Positions 1 through 13,986 are shown, counted from the first letter of the stretch. The stretch is 64,000 bases of DNA from Paraspadella gotoi (GCA_051294375.1 CM119265.1:11843818-11907817); one strand, 5' to 3'. Made by a program: numbers and translations. The notes: generated by a model not told the origin, from the letters alone.

Positions 1-1416
1 TGCAATATTGCTAAAATATTACCTACAAAATTAATTAAATTTGAACCTTAAGGCAAAGTGTGCAAGACGACGGATTAATTGAAATCATCTCAAGCTTTTT
101 CTAATCAAGAATCAATATCATTTTTGCTACTTTTAATAAAAAAAAATTATGTCCATTTTTGTCCATTTTGACTTTTGTCTTGAGATTTGAAAAAAAATTT
201 TTACTTCGGTTTTCAGGTACTTTTTATCTTCCTTACCTCTGAGTCAGTTCATATTCAATTGAAAATCTATTGTTTGCCTTTGAATTAATTTTAAAATTGA
301 CTAGACAAAAACTCACATTTTTAGTTTTTATTCCAATTTGTTAAACAAAAATAGTTTGATTTACTTACAATTCTAGGCAAATATTCCTTATCAACTGAGC
401 TTCCAACAGCTAAAAAATTATGGCAAAATATTCAATACTTTGGCTGTAAAAAAATTTTTAAGCCAACTTTCAATTTGTGAGGTTTTGTTAGGTGCGTTTT
501 TTTTTAACTAAAACTCGATTTTAAAATAATTTTATAGTTTCATCAGATAAGGCTAAGTCGAAAAATCTTTCCAAACTCAGTTTTTTATTAAATTGCAGTT
601 GAAGTTGGTAAGTTAATTTTTGAGAAAATTTGATAACTTTTGTACTAATTTTACAAAATATAGACTCAATTCAAACATCTATATGTCAAACGATATCAGT
701 AAACCGAGAGCTTTAATTTAAGACCACTCCCAACTTTCTCCGACTTTTGGTTAAAAAGTTATTAATCAAAATATATTATTTTTTCTTTAAAAAAGTAATG
801 AAATGGTGAGTATTATTGAGAATATAATAAGACTTTAATCTAAAAAATTGAGGATACCAACGAGTTCTATAGACAGTCTTCTTTCAATTAATTCATAAAT
901 AAAATTTTTCTTCAAGCTTAAGTGGAGGTGGTCGAGATAAAAATGGCGAACAAAATGAGATGAATCGATTTATTGAAATCAGAAAAGCGAATGGAATCGA
1001 ATTGGCTAATTGTACAAAGTGGCATTCATCTTTATACGGCGAGAGAGAGAAAATTTGGTTTACATTTGTAAAGTAAACAATTCTAAAAAATACTTCCAAA
1101 TAAGGTAACGTTTTGCGACCGGCGTTTGAACAGAGGGAGCAAAATATTTCTTAGCGGGCATTGGAATTTTTGAAGAATTCGGCCGGCGATTTTATTTACT
1201 TTCTTACTAATAATAATAATCAGGATCTCCACTCTTAAATATAGTTACATCATCCCCCAAAAAATTTAAAAAAATATAAATTAAATTTTTAAATAATTTA
1301 CCATAATGATTTTATATAATTTTACTTAATATATATGGACTAGAAACTATAGGATGTGACCTTCATTTTGAGCCTATTGCCAACTCTTTACAATAAATAT
1401 TTATTGAGATACTACC

Positions 1417-1638
1417 TTGTGTTTTTTCCTTTCTGTTTCGTTGTGATTTGATTTAGAACAAAGTTTGAAGAGAGATTTAACAACGATTTTTATTTCATAG
1501 TGAAACGGACATGTTTCGAGTTTTTGACTCACATACGAGTCGTCTTCAGCGCCAATTCAATTGAGTCGAAAACTCGAAACATGTCCGTTTCACTATGAAA
1601 TAAAAATCGTTGTTAAATCTTTCTTCAAACTTTGTTCT
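1417..1638. mobile_element. Penelope-like inverted pseudo-LTR remnant with hammerhead motif
   Basis: Inverted arms 1455-1530 and 1563-1638. Minus strand carries CTGAAGA...GAAACATGTC. Flanking direct repeat (T)GAGATACTACC at 1405-1416 and 1638-1649. Confidence 0.75.
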
Positions 1639-2723
1639 GAGATACTACCAAAAAAAGCCCCAAAAATCTTTAAAAAATGTAATTTTTAATTTATTTAAGT
1701 CATATCTCAGTGCATATATAACTTATTTTAAGTCAAATGATTTTATTCAGCAGATTAAAGAGTAAGGCATATATTAAATACCATTAGTTGTATTACTTTA
1801 TCATAATTTAATCAGGACACTCAATTTTCAGACAATTTTTACCAAATTTATATATACTTTTGATTTTTACAGCAACAAAGTACTAAAGCAGGTAAATAAA
1901 AATTGATTATAAAATCTGTAAGCCAAAAGACCTTAGAATGTATTATATTATATAGGTTTAAAATTTTTTCTCAAAGATTTAATGATATAATGACAATAAA
2001 AAATATATATATATAAATTAAAGATTGAAGAAAAATAATGATATTACAGGTAGTTTTTTATTATTGATCATGATTCTATATTATAAAAAGATAGCCATAT
2101 GCTTTAACCACTAATTATTAAAAGTTTTAGTTACTTAAAAGAGTAAGTAAATTTTTTTAAAAATTTTATATTATAAAACTTGCTTCCCTTATAATAAACA
2201 AGNNNNNNNNNNNNNNNNNNNNNNNNNNNNNNNNNNNNNNNNNNNNNNNNNNNNNNNNNNNNNNNNNNNNNNNNNNNNNNNNNNNNNNNNNNNNNNNNNN
2301 NNTTAAAAAATTATCATCATCATCATTATTGGCTGAATTTTTGTTTTTTAATTTTTCATTAATAAAACCAAAAAAAAAGTTTTATTAATAACCTTTATCT
2401 AACTTTTAAAGCTCTATTAGAATCTATAAAAAAATTGATAAGCAAAATTTTAAAAATTATTTTTATTTTCATATTATTTAATAATCGCTTAACCATTAAC
2501 CATTAACCATTTGAGAGAACTTTTAGTTTTCAACCTGTTCCGGCCTAATATCTAGTAAGGCGGGCCAAAATTGAACACTTTTTATAACTCCTAGTTCTCT
2601 TTAAAAAATTTTTTTTCCGTTTACTACTAAATCGATTTTCAATGTAACTTTTTTCATTTAGTTCATTGGGTTGTTGCATTGAAGCTTTTAAATATTTNNN
2701 NNNNNNNNNNNNNNNNNNNNNNG

Positions 2724-4300
2724 TGACCAAATTATGCCAGTTGACCAAATTATGCCAGTTGACCATTATGCCAGTTGCCAAATTATGCCAGTTTGATCCA
2801 ACATTACACAAGTTGATTTAATTATTCAAGTATGGGTGACTAAAATCCACAAACCGTTCATCAGCGGCCATTGGTGCCGGAAGGCAAGTCATTCGCCTCC
2901 CAAACCCAAAGATCCGGGGTTCTAGGCCCGGTGGTCGTCTGGCAGTTAAGAGGGACGGGCGCTTAACCCGCCTGTAACATGGTGTTACAGCGCCTGATCC
3001 GAAGCTCAGGGACTGCTTATAATTGAACGGTTCTGTCACTAACACATAACAATAATTACTGGTCTCTTCTCAAGTTGATTTAATTATTCAAGTTGATTTA
3101 ATTATTCAAGTTGATTTTAATTATTCAAGTTTGATTTAATTATTCAAGTTGATTTAATTATTCAGTTGATTTTTATTATTTATTATTCAAGTTGATTTAA
3201 TTATTCAAGGTTGATTAAATTATTCAAGTTGATTTAAATTATCAAAGTTGATTTAATTATTCAAGTTGATTTAATTATTCAAGTTGATTTAATTATTCAA
3301 GTTGATTTAAATTATTCAAGTTGATTTAATTATTCAAGTTGATTTAATTATTCAATTGATTTATTATTCAAGTGTTGATTAATTATTCAAGTTGATGTAA
3401 TATTCAAGTTGAATGTAATTATTCAAGTGATGTAATTATTCAGTTGAATGTAATTATTCAAGTTGATGTAATTCAAGTATGTAAAATTATTCAAGTTGAT
3501 GTAATTATTCAAGTTGATGTAATTATTCAAGTTGATGTATTTATTCAAGTTGTTCATGTATTCAAGTGATGTATTATTCAGTATGTAATTCAAGTTGATG
3601 TAATTATTCAAGTTGATGTAATTATTCAAGTTGATGTAATTATTCTCAAGTTGATGTAATTTTCAAGTTGATGTAATTATTCAAGTTGATGTAATTATTC
3701 AAGTTGATGTAATTATTCAAGGTTGATGTAATTATTCAAGTTGATGTAATTATTCAAGTTGATGTAATTTATTCAAGTTGATGTAATTATTCAAGTTATG
3801 TATATTTCAAGTTGAATGTAATTATTCAAGTTGTATGTAATATTCAAGTTGATGTAAATTCAAGTTGATGTAATTATTCAAGTTGATGTATTAAATTTCA
3901 GTTGATGTAATTATTCAAGTTGATGTAATTATTCAAGTTGATGTAATATTCAGTTAATGTAATTATCAAGTTGATGTAATTATTCGTTGATGTATTATCA
4001 AGTTGATGTAATTTAATTCAAGTTGATGATAATTATTCAAGTTGATGTAATTAATCAAGTTTGATGTAATTATTTTCAAGGTTGAATGTAAATTATCAGT
4101 TGAGTATTTTCAAGTTGATGTAATTATTCAAGTTGATTAATTATTCAAGTTGATTAAATTATTCAAGTTTGATGTAATTATTCAAGTTGATGTATATTAT
4201 TCAAGTTGATGTAATTATTCAAGTTGATGTAATTAATATCAAAGTTGATGTAATATAAGTGAATTCAAGTTGATGTAATTATTCCAGTTTGATGTAATTA
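2724..4300 (+). repeat. 18-bp minisatellite (TTGACCAAATTATGCCAG > TTGATTTAATTATTCAAG > TTGATGTAATTATTCAAG)
   Basis: Directly visible tandem array, noisy, interrupted by the solo LTR at 2831-3070. Confidence 0.95.
2831..3070 (+). mobile_element. Solo LTR of the tRNA-bearing TRIM family inserted in a minisatellite
   Basis: Same sequence as 57840-58073 in reverse. Flanked by a (T)CAAG duplication inside the 18-bp array. tRNA-like head at ~2863-2937. Confidence 0.78.
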
Positions 4301-5944
4301 TTCAAGTGAGTTACAGTGAAATTATTCAATGGTAATGCGCACAGTTTACTGGGTAATTGATTGATAGATCAATTGTTTATAGATTTTTTCATAGATTTAT
4401 TAAGAAGTCTGTTATGATTGCGAGAGTTTAAAACAAGTTGAGCCATAACAATGTCGGAATCTGCCTACGATCATTAATTAATTAATTAATCGATTAATTA
4501 ATTAATAATTATTTTAATAGTATAATTTTAAATTATATTCAACTTTCATCATCGATGTTCTTAAATGGGTTAGACAGTTATTAAATATGTTTTGTTTACA
4601 TTTTTATCTAAACAAACAAATACCTTTATTTTATTTTCATGTCTCCTTGTCTCTCTCACTCTCCTCTCTCTCTCATCTCTCGCTCTCTCTCTCTTCTCTC
4701 TCTCTTTTATGCAATTGCGACGATCCTTTTGCTTTTAAGATCATTTTTTTAACTTGCATTTCATTTCACATTAATTAATTAATTAATTAACTAATTAATA
4801 TAAATAAATTTATTGAGTAATCATTAATATTAAGAAGATTCAAGTAGAATGTGACTTATTGTTTTTTTCCATCTAATAACCATTTCCACTGGCACAATCC
4901 GTAAAACTTTATATAATTATTATATATTAATAAATAGTTTAAAAGCTTCATGCAAACAACCCCAATGACTAAAATGAAAAAAGTAACATTGAATCGATTA
5001 GTAGTAAACGGAAGAAAATATTTTTAAAGAGAACTGGAGTTATAAAAAAGTGTTCCAATTTTGCCCCGCCTTACTAGATATTAGAGCCCGGAACAAGTTG
5101 AAAACTAAAAGTTCTCTCAAATTGGTTAATGGTTAATGGTTAAGCGATTATTAAATAATATGAAAATAAAAAGTAATTTTAAAAATTTTGCTTATCAATT
5201 TTTTTTATTAGATCTCTAATAGAGCTTTAAAAGTCTAGATAAAGTATTAATAAAACTTTTTTTTTGGTTTTTATTATGAAAATTAAAAAACACAAAAATT
5301 CAGCCAATAATGATGACTGATGATTAATTTTTTAAGGTTTCTTCTATTTTTTATACCCAATTTATTGTCAAAATTTGAAAAAATTATAGTACTACTTTCA
5401 TTTAACTTTTAAGCTCTACAAGAACCTTCTAAAAAATCAAATTTTTAAAATTTTTTTTTTGTTATTTGTTAATATATTATAAATATTTTAAAAAGCTTCA
5501 GTGCACAACCCAATGAACTTAAATTCAAAAGTAGTAGAGGAAAAAGAAATTTTTTGAGAGAACTAGATTAAAAAAAAGTGTTAAAATTTTGCCCGCCTTA
5601 CTAGATATATTGCCATGTGAATTAAACAATGTTATCGAATAAAATTTTATCAAGTTTTATGTATTTGTAATGTATTTTAATTATTTTATTCGTTGAGTAA
5701 ATAACTTTTATATTCGCTAGTTTTTATTTCGGACTCCTCTCTTCTTTCTTTCTTTTCTTTCTTTCTCTCTCCTCTCTCTCTCTTATCTCTCTCTCTCTCT
5801 CTCTCTCTCTCCTTGCAATGCAACAATCCTTATCTCATTTTTCTGCTCCTCTCGTCTCATGCTCTCTTGCAATTGCGACGATATCCTATGCTCATTTTTC
5901 TGCTCTCTTTTTTCTCTCTCTTTCTTCAGTAAATGTAACTTATG

Positions 5945-7951
5945 TTTTTAGTCGGATCTGCTTATCAGCAGAATCCCGAACTCTATAAGCTCACTTGGTC
6001 GCGTCCGTCGGTCGCGCCCCCTCAATATGGGTCGGGCACTAAACCTTATATCATGTCAGAACATCGAATTTATGATAAATTAATGAAAAAATTGATGTCC
6101 GTCTGTTCTGTCCCCTCCGTCCGTCGTCCGTCCGTTCCGACCGTACCCACCTTAGCAAAAAACACCAATTACTCGTGATGCATGGATGGATTGGAATATG
6201 AATTTGTGTGCGGTAAGGGAAGTGTGTGATGAGATGTATATAAGTTTCGAGGAATCGTGACGGTGAAATTGGTTAAAGTGGAAAATAAAATATTCACTGA
6301 TTTGAACACCAATTGCTCATGAGTTGATGGTGCCTGAATTGACCTGAATTTTGGTATGTGGGTAGGAAAGTGTGTGATTGAACAGGAAATCAAGTTTCGA
6401 ATGGAATAGTTTGAGTGGAAATGAGTTTAAATGGAAAAAACAAAAAACCTGTTTACTAATTGATTATGCTTCTTTTTCCTTTTATATTAAATGTATACGC
6501 AGGATGTATTAATAATCAAATAATTAATCAGTTTAATTATTCAATTAGTAATAAATTAATCAATAATTAATTAATTACGTCAATCAATTGTCCATCCTCT
6601 CCCATCTTAGCAAAAAGCTCCAAAACTCGTGATGGCTGTTTGGATTGGAATTTAAATTTTGTGTGTGAGTAGGAAAAGTGTGGTGATAAAGCTGGATATA
6701 AAGTTTCATGGAACGTGTGAGTGGAAATTAGTTTAAATGGAAAGAAACATAGTCAGATTTACTAAAATCTTCTTTACTTATTTAACTAATTAAATACTCT
6801 AATTAATGCATAATTGGATGGATAGATTGAGTTGAAATTTGTGTGTGGGGTAGGAAAATTGGTGTGACGAAGCTTGATAAAAAGTTTCAGTGAAACGTAC
6901 AGTGGAAATAGTATAGTTTAAATGAAAAAGAATATGAGTCACCAAAATTTACTTTTTGAATCTTTTTATTTATTTTATACCCCATGATAGCTTGAGATGA
7001 AATTTTGTGAGCCAGTAGAAAGTGGAAGTGAAGAAAGCTAGATATAAAGTTTTGAATGGAATGCAAGTTGAAAAAAATGATGCCAAGTTAAAAAAAAACT
7101 TAAAGGCATAAAGATCGTCCCTATGCTTAAAAAGAGAGAGAGAGAGAGAGAGAGTGAGAGAGAGAGTAGAAGAGAGAGAGAGAAGAGAAGAGAAAGGAAC
7201 AAAAATAAAAAAAATCTTAAAAGACTCAAGATGAGCCAGAGCCACCTTATCAAGAAAAATTATGAAAAAACCCGGGAAAAAAAACGAATGAATCATGCGA
7301 TAACGGAATTATTGATATTGTATGATTGAGTAATTATGATTGAGTAATGCTATATTTGTTGATGTAAAGTAATTTATGTGAAAGGATTAATTATGATTAC
7401 GATAGATAGTCATTCACTGCTGTGATGATAGTCATTCACTGATGCGATGATTGTCATTTCATTGATGCGATGAATCAATAAAAAAATGCGTGTATGAGTG
7501 GAAAGAGAGAGAAAGAGAGAGAAAGTGAGAAGAGAAGAGAGAAAGAAGGAATAAATCCACGAAAAATCTCGGATGAAAATGATGGGATTTTGTATTGAAA
7601 AAAGCGCGGAATAATGGTAATAAATAAAATAGTTTTTAGAAGGAAAAAAATAATCAGAAATTTTCAAAAAAAACAAACGGATCACCCAAGAGATCGGACA
7701 GAGGGACAAGACACACACAGAGAAAAAGAGAGAGAGAGACAGCCGCTGCAGAGAAAAAGAGAGAGAGAAAGAGCGATATATAATAATAAAGAGAGAGAGA
7801 AGCTTACAGCCCCTTTACTCGTTTAAGAATCAGGAGTACCTTATGCGCCGACGTAGCGTGGCTCTTTCTCTACCAAAGGACCGGGTTCGACCCTGTTCGC
7901 GGCATAGTTTTACATTAGTGAGCCCACATTATAATCTAAAAATTTTTTTGT

Positions 7952-7989
<38 letters not shown>

Positions 7990-8583
7990 AAGAAGAAGCT
8001 GGACAGGACGCATGCGCAGAGTCCGGAACTACGTTTTAGACAAATCAGAAGAAGCGAGTGACGAGAGAAAGAGAAAGAGAGAGAGCGACATATATTTAAA
8101 AAAGAGAGAGAGAGAGCGACAGTATAATTAAAATGTTTTTGTTTGTAAAATAAAAACGTACAACAAATAACGAATATTTGATAGAAACATGAGTAATTTT
8201 TAAAGATCTTGATCTTAGAGCCATATATGAAATTTCAAACTCCCTATATAGCACACTCTTTCAGGAAGCCATGATTGCCAAAAAAGCGTGACCGGAAAGC
8301 TAAAACCGAATCAAAATCTAGCCAGGACGGGCTTTGCCCTCTCCTGGCCTCGATAAATAGAGGATATTTGTTTTTGATTTGAAATATGTAACAAAACATT
8401 TATAACTGTCCTGACCACAATTTTAAGGACATCGATGAACTGACAAGCTGAATATAATTATAATTAATTATTAAAATTAAATTATTATGTATTAATTAAT
8501 TATTATCTATTAATTAATTAATTAATCTATTAATTAATTAATTATCGTAGGCAGATCCGACATTGTTTGCTCAGAACTTGTTC
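5945..8583 (+). mobile_element. HINE/DINE-1-like composite element, same family
   Basis: Head TTTTTAGTCGGATCTGCTTATCAGCAGA at 5945, GTCC microsatellite at ~6095-6145, tail GGCAGATCCGACATTGTTTGCTCAGAACTTGTT at 8550-8582. Further ends at ~4432, ~19080, ~55204 and ~55565. Confidence 0.6.
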
Positions 8584-10424
8584 TCTAAACTCACCACGAT
8601 TGCTGTCGAACTTATATTCCAGCTTGTATCACCACACTTTCCTTACTCAACACACAAAATTTTCTTTCCACATCCAACCAGCCAATCACGAGTTATTGAA
8701 CTTTTTGCTAAGGGGACGGATATGGACAGATTATTTGACTGGATTAATTTAATTCAACTAATGATTAATTAACTGATTAATTATTTGATTATTAATACAT
8801 TCCTGCATATACATTTAATATAAAGGAAAAGAATCCAATACAATTAGTTGAAACAGGTTTTTTGTTTTTTTTCCATTTAAACTCATTCCACTCAAAAAGA
8901 TTCCAATCGAAACTTGGTGTCCTGTTCAAGCACACACTTTCCTACGTCGCATACAAAATTCCAGGTCAATCGATAATATAAGTGTTGTAATAAGCTAACT
9001 TGTTCAACTTTGCATAATTTATCAAACTTGGCAATATTTTGTTCATGATCATAATTTGGTCAACTGAACATAATTTGATCCAATTAATAATGTTTGGTCA
9101 ACAGGCCATAATTGGTCAACTGCATAATTTTTTCAACTGGCCTAATTTGGTCACGAGCATATCGACTAAAAATACCAATGATTTATCATCGGATTAGACA
9201 CCAATGAAAAATGGCCGTAACGTTACTGTCCGTGCATAAAAAATTCACTGACTTTCAATATATAATTCTTTTTATTTTTTGAACTTATATTCAATATCTG
9301 AATCCAAAATACAATGCAAATCTTTTTTTGTTTTTTTTTGATATGACTGAATATAGGGTGAAAGATGATAAATTTTAAAAAATTACTTATTCATATATTA
9401 TTTTCATAGAATGTAAAAGAAAAAATTTAACAAAAATAATGTACTAAATAGTTAAGTTGTTATAGTTCTGGTGGTCCTATCACCACAGATGATTAAAGCT
9501 GTTTCTTTCGCAGCAGGCCTCAGTGGCTCAGTGATGGCATAATTTGGTCAACTGGCATAATTTGGTCAATTGTCGTAATTTGGTCAATCAATCAATCAGA
9601 AAGAGAGAGAAACTTTTTAAAATTGACATAAATGTGTCTTTTGGTTTTCTGTTTTAAACTATTTTCCACTCCTACGATTCCATCAAAAACTTATATCCAG
9701 ATTAATCTCATAGTTTACTACCCACAGTTTACTACACACAAAATTTTATTTTATTTTATTTATCCAATTTTTAATAAATATAATAATTATGAGTAAATAT
9801 GACTTTTGTTTTTTCTATTTAAACTCATTTCCACTCGCACAATCATTAGCGGTACTTAATAAATTAATTAATTTCATCCAAAATATTTGTTTTTAGGTCT
9901 TTTCGTCCCTTTCCATGACTTAAGAAATGACGACGATGAGGGCGACGATGACAATGCCAATAACGATTGACATTGATTGATAGAAAAAATAATCAATTGA
10001 TAAAAAATTGATTGAATAATTAATTAATAGATAAATAATTGATTGATTTAATAATTAATTGATTGATTAATAATAGACTGATTAATTATTGATTAATTAA
10101 CTAATTGTCTAATTAACTCTTTAATTATTTGATTAATTAATACATCTTGCATTTACATTTAATATAAAAATAAAAAGAAGCATAATCAATTAGTGAAACA
10201 GGTTTTTTGTTTTTTCCATTTAAACACATTTCCACTCGGACGATTCCATCGAAACTTCACACACTTCCCTACCAACACACAAAATTTCATTCAAATCCAT
10301 CCATCCAATCACGAGTAATTGGTGTTTTTTGCTAAGGTGGGACGGACGGACGGACGGACAGAAAACCAAAAGATACATTTATGTCAATTTTTAAAAGTTT
10401 TTCTCTCTCTCCGATTGATCAATC

Positions 10425-11851
10425 GAATTACGCCAGTTGATTTAATTACGCCAGTTGATTTAATTACGCCCAAGTTCGATTTAATTACGGCCAGTTGATT
10501 TAATTACGCCAGTTGATTTAATTACGCCAGTTGATTTAATTACGCCAGTTGATTTAACGTTACGCCAGTTGATTTAATTACGCCAGTTGATTTAATTACG
10601 CCAGTTGATTTAATTACGCCAGTTGATTTAATTACGCCAGTTGATTTAATTACGCCAGTTGATTTAATTACGCCAGTTGATTTAATACAGTTTATTACGC
10701 CAGTTGATTTAATTACGCCAGTTGATTTAATTACGCCAGTTGATTTAATTACGCCAGTTGATTTAATTACGCCAGTTGATTTAATTACGCCAGTTGATTT
10801 AATTACGCCAGTTGATTTAATTACGCCAGTTGATTTAATTATTCAAATTGATTTAATTATTCAAGTTGATTTAAATATGCAAGTTGATTTAAATATGCAA
10901 GTTGATTTAAATATGCAAGTTGATTTAAAATATGCAAGTTGATTTAAATATGCAAGTTGATTTAATTATGCAAGTTGATTTAATTATGCAAGTTGATTTA
11001 ATTATGCAAGTTGATTTAATTATGCAAGTTGATTTAATTATGCAAGTTGATTTAATTATGCAAGTTGATTTAATTATGCAAGTTGATTTAATTATGCAAG
11101 TTGATTTAATTATGCAAGTTGATTTAATTATGCAAGTTGTTATTATGCAAGTTGATTTAATTATGCAAGTTGATTTAATTATGCAAGTTGATTTAATTAT
11201 GCAAGTTGATTTAATTATGCAAGTTGATTAATTTGCAAGTTGATTTAATTATGCAAGTTGATTTAATTATGCAAGTTGATTTAATTATGCTAAGTTGATT
11301 TAATTATGCAAGTTGATTTAATTATGCAAGTTGATTTAATTATGCAAGTTGATTTAATTATGCAAGTTGATTTAATTATGCAAGTTGATTTAATTATGCA
11401 AGTTGATTTAATTATGCAAGTTGATTTAATTATGCAGTTGATTTAATATGCAAGTTGATTTAATTATGCAAGTTGATTTAATTATGCAATTTTGATTATT
11501 ATCAGTTGATTTAATTATGCAAGTTGATTTAATTATGCAAGTTGATTTAATTATGCAAGTTGATTTAATATGCAAGTTGATTTAATATAGCAGTTGATTT
11601 AATTATGCAAGTTGATTTAATTATGAAGTTGAATTTATATTATGCAAGTTGATTTAATTATGCAAGTTGATTTATATTATGCAAGTTGATTATATTATGC
11701 AAGTTGATTTAATATTATGCAAGTTGATTTAATTATGCAAGTTGATTTAATTATGCAAGTTGATTTAATTATGCAAGTTTGATTTAATTATGCAAGTTGA
11801 TTTAAATTATGCAAGTTGATTTAATTATGAAAGTTGACCAAATTATGCAAG
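10425..11851 (+). repeat. 18-bp minisatellite (TTGATTTAATTACGCCAG > TTGATTTAATTATGCAAG)
   Basis: Directly visible tandem array. Shares its 3' flank (ATTGATAGATCAATTG...AAGAAGTCTGTTATGATT) with the 2724-4300 array. Confidence 0.95.
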
Positions 11852-12070
11852 GTGGTATTGGCAAAGCTAATTGATAGATCAATTGGTTTATAGATTTTTT
11901 CATAGATTTATTAAGAAGTCTGTTATGATTTGTTATAATCACAAATTGAGAGTCAGAAAAATTACCATAATTTATTATCGGATTAGCTTATTACCGCTTA
12001 ATTATCGTAAGCGGATCCAACATTATTTGCTCAAACTTGTTATACCTTTAGTTTATTATTAATAGGCTAC

Positions 12071-12797
12071 CTTTGTTATGGCCCACGGGAGAGCAAGAAT
12101 AGACGTGCCCATCATGGTGTTCCAAATGCTGAAAATAGTAACGATGGAGTTTTGGCCCTCGCCACGCTTGATCGGAATAACGATGAAGAACCCAACGGGT
12201 ACCACGTGGTCGGGCATCACGAACGGAGTTTCGCGGAAGGGCGCCAGCTTGTTGTAATACTTGTAGCGAGATATGGAGGCGCTGGCCGATGGGGAGACCG
12301 AGGAGGGATCAGGTGGCTGAATGGAGCCGTAGGGCGGGCCGCGGGGGTCGCTTTGGAACGCGTTGACGGAGGCGTTTCGGAAGACCAGAGGGGTTCGCTT
12401 GATTATAGCGTCCTTGGTCTCGCGGATCCGTTGGAAAGAAGGGGTGGGCGTCGGGGGCCTGAATGTGGAGGGAAAACATTCAAGAAATAATTTAATTTCG
12501 AAAATACTTTGTGATTGTCAACTGCAGTTCAACCCACATGGAAGAAGGCTCGTTGATCGATCCCGCCCGCGACAAAGAAGCCGGCGACTCTGAGTTGGAC
12601 GACCCGTTGGACGTTTGTCGGGAGGCCAAGAGCATCGGCGTCCTTTCTGTGAGCCAGGATTTGGACGATGGCAAAGACAAGTTGGCTGAGGCGGTCGGTG
12701 GTGTGGCGTCTGTCGAAGAGAGGACCGCCGAACGATCTGAGGTGATCGTCGGCACATCCGCGTTAATGCTACCCTCCGCTTCGTTGGCGAGTGACAT
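12071..12797 (-). CDS. SLC38A9: Lysosomal amino-acid transporter/mTORC1 sensor SLC38A9, exons 1-2 (partial; the rest is not seen in the window)
   Basis: Exon 12797-12538 splices in frame to exon 12458-12071: ...SRYKYYNKLAP...MPDHVVP...QNSIVTIFSIWNTMMGTSILALPWAITK|GT. RYKYY, PDHVVP and WNTMMGTS are SLC38A9 signatures. The start codon is less certain. Confidence 0.88.
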
Positions 12798-13064
12798 GGT
12801 AGGTTATTTTGATTGCACGTCAATAATCAAAGTTGATTAAGATTTCCCATTTTTAAAATCAGAATTTTTTTTTATTGATTTTTTCCCGGAACATAGTTTT
12901 TAGACTAAAAACACCAAAATTTAACGAAAATATAAACCAATAACGATTTAGTAGTAATTGACAAGTTATGAGCGTGACCGAATGACTGGAAAGAAAAATG
13001 ACTGTTTTTGAGCATTTTTCAAATGAATCCCGTAAACACAGAAGATTGCAAAGGACGTAACAGT

Positions 13065-13847
13065 TCAACTTATCATCTCCATATTAGTCTTGGCTTTTTC
13101 CATCTCGTGCAAAAATTTGTAGAACTGAGGTAAGGATAGTTCCATGCTGACGGTTTTTAGTTTGTCTTCCCCACTGTTTTTCATTGTTAATTTCATCTGC
13201 GAATATTAAAAAAACTATGCAACAAACCAACCCAAAACGTTTTACTTTTTGAGTGTATAAAAATACTCGGACCTGCAAAAATGTATTGCCCACTAATTCG
13301 ACGTCACTGCTGGCGGCAGTGACTCCGAATTTCCACTGGAGGTCGACTAACTGGTTTACTGAGAGGGAAGACTCCATCGCCGCTAATCTTAAAGCCGAAG
13401 ACCGAGAATCGAACACCTGCAGGAATTTTTTTTATATTTAGACAACTGATTATTGTGATAAAGGCTGGTAAGCGACAACTACCTCGACAAAGACATTAGC
13501 CTGCTCATCCTCCAATCCGTTTCGCTTCAGTTCCTCCATCAACTGAGCAGCGGACCAATTCTTTTTCACGGCCAATCGAGGAAGAGGCTCGATATCTTTG
13601 ATCAGGGACTTGAGCGCGTTCAAGTTCGAAATCCTTTTAATTTGGTTGTTAAAATTGGAGAATAGTAAATTTTCTTTCTCTCTTGTCACAAAGTGACTCA
13701 CCCCTGGGCTGTGGCAAACTCCACCAATTTAGTCGAAGTCTCGTCGACGGACGCGTCAGAAGACGAGTCCAACACGATATCGACGATGTCTTTCAGCGCA
13801 GAGGGATCCGCGAATTTGTTTAGTTTTGGTAAAGAAGGAAAACTCAT
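13065..13847 (-). CDS. COMMD7: COMM domain-containing protein 7 (Commander/CCC complex)
   Basis: Exons 13847-13702, 13633-13483, 13416-13273 and 13196-13065, GT-AG, in phase. COMM domain LSVNQLVDLQWKFGVTAASSDVELVGNTFLQMKL...MELSLPQFYKFLHEMEKAK has the COMMD7-type WKFGVT/VGxxFLQ/PQFYxFLHEME signature and a full N-terminal helical domain, unlike the short COMMD6. Confidence 0.88.
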
Positions 13848-13986
13848 GTTGACAACAAATTCTTGCGCGTAAAATAAACTACTGTACTAATCGACCGAAT
13901 AATAAAAAAAAAAATCAACGAAGAGTCAACGCGATCTACTTTTGAAAGACAACACATTTCCAAGTCTTTTCTATCAATTCCTCCGT

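Noticed and set aside
2863-2937. Functional tRNA genes here and at ~53035, ~56740, ~57472 and ~7843
   Set aside because: Anticodon and D arms pair poorly and all are embedded in repeats; treated as tRNA-derived promoters.
2724-4300. CRISPR-like array
   Set aside because: Units are contiguous without unique spacers; the single insert is a TSD-flanked mobile element; eukaryotic context with no cas genes.
7123-7826. Arg/Glu- or Leu/Ser-rich ORFs (also 26072-26317, 37091-37330)
   Set aside because: Products of (GA)n/(CT)n microsatellites.
10932-11231. (MQVDLI)n ORF, and the (NNYINL)n ORF at 3423-3629
   Set aside because: Translations of 18-bp minisatellites; frames are broken repeatedly and there is no gene context.
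13065-13416. COMMD6 assignment
   Set aside because: The WKFGVT...VGxxFLQ...FLHEME signature and two additional upstream exons fit COMMD7.
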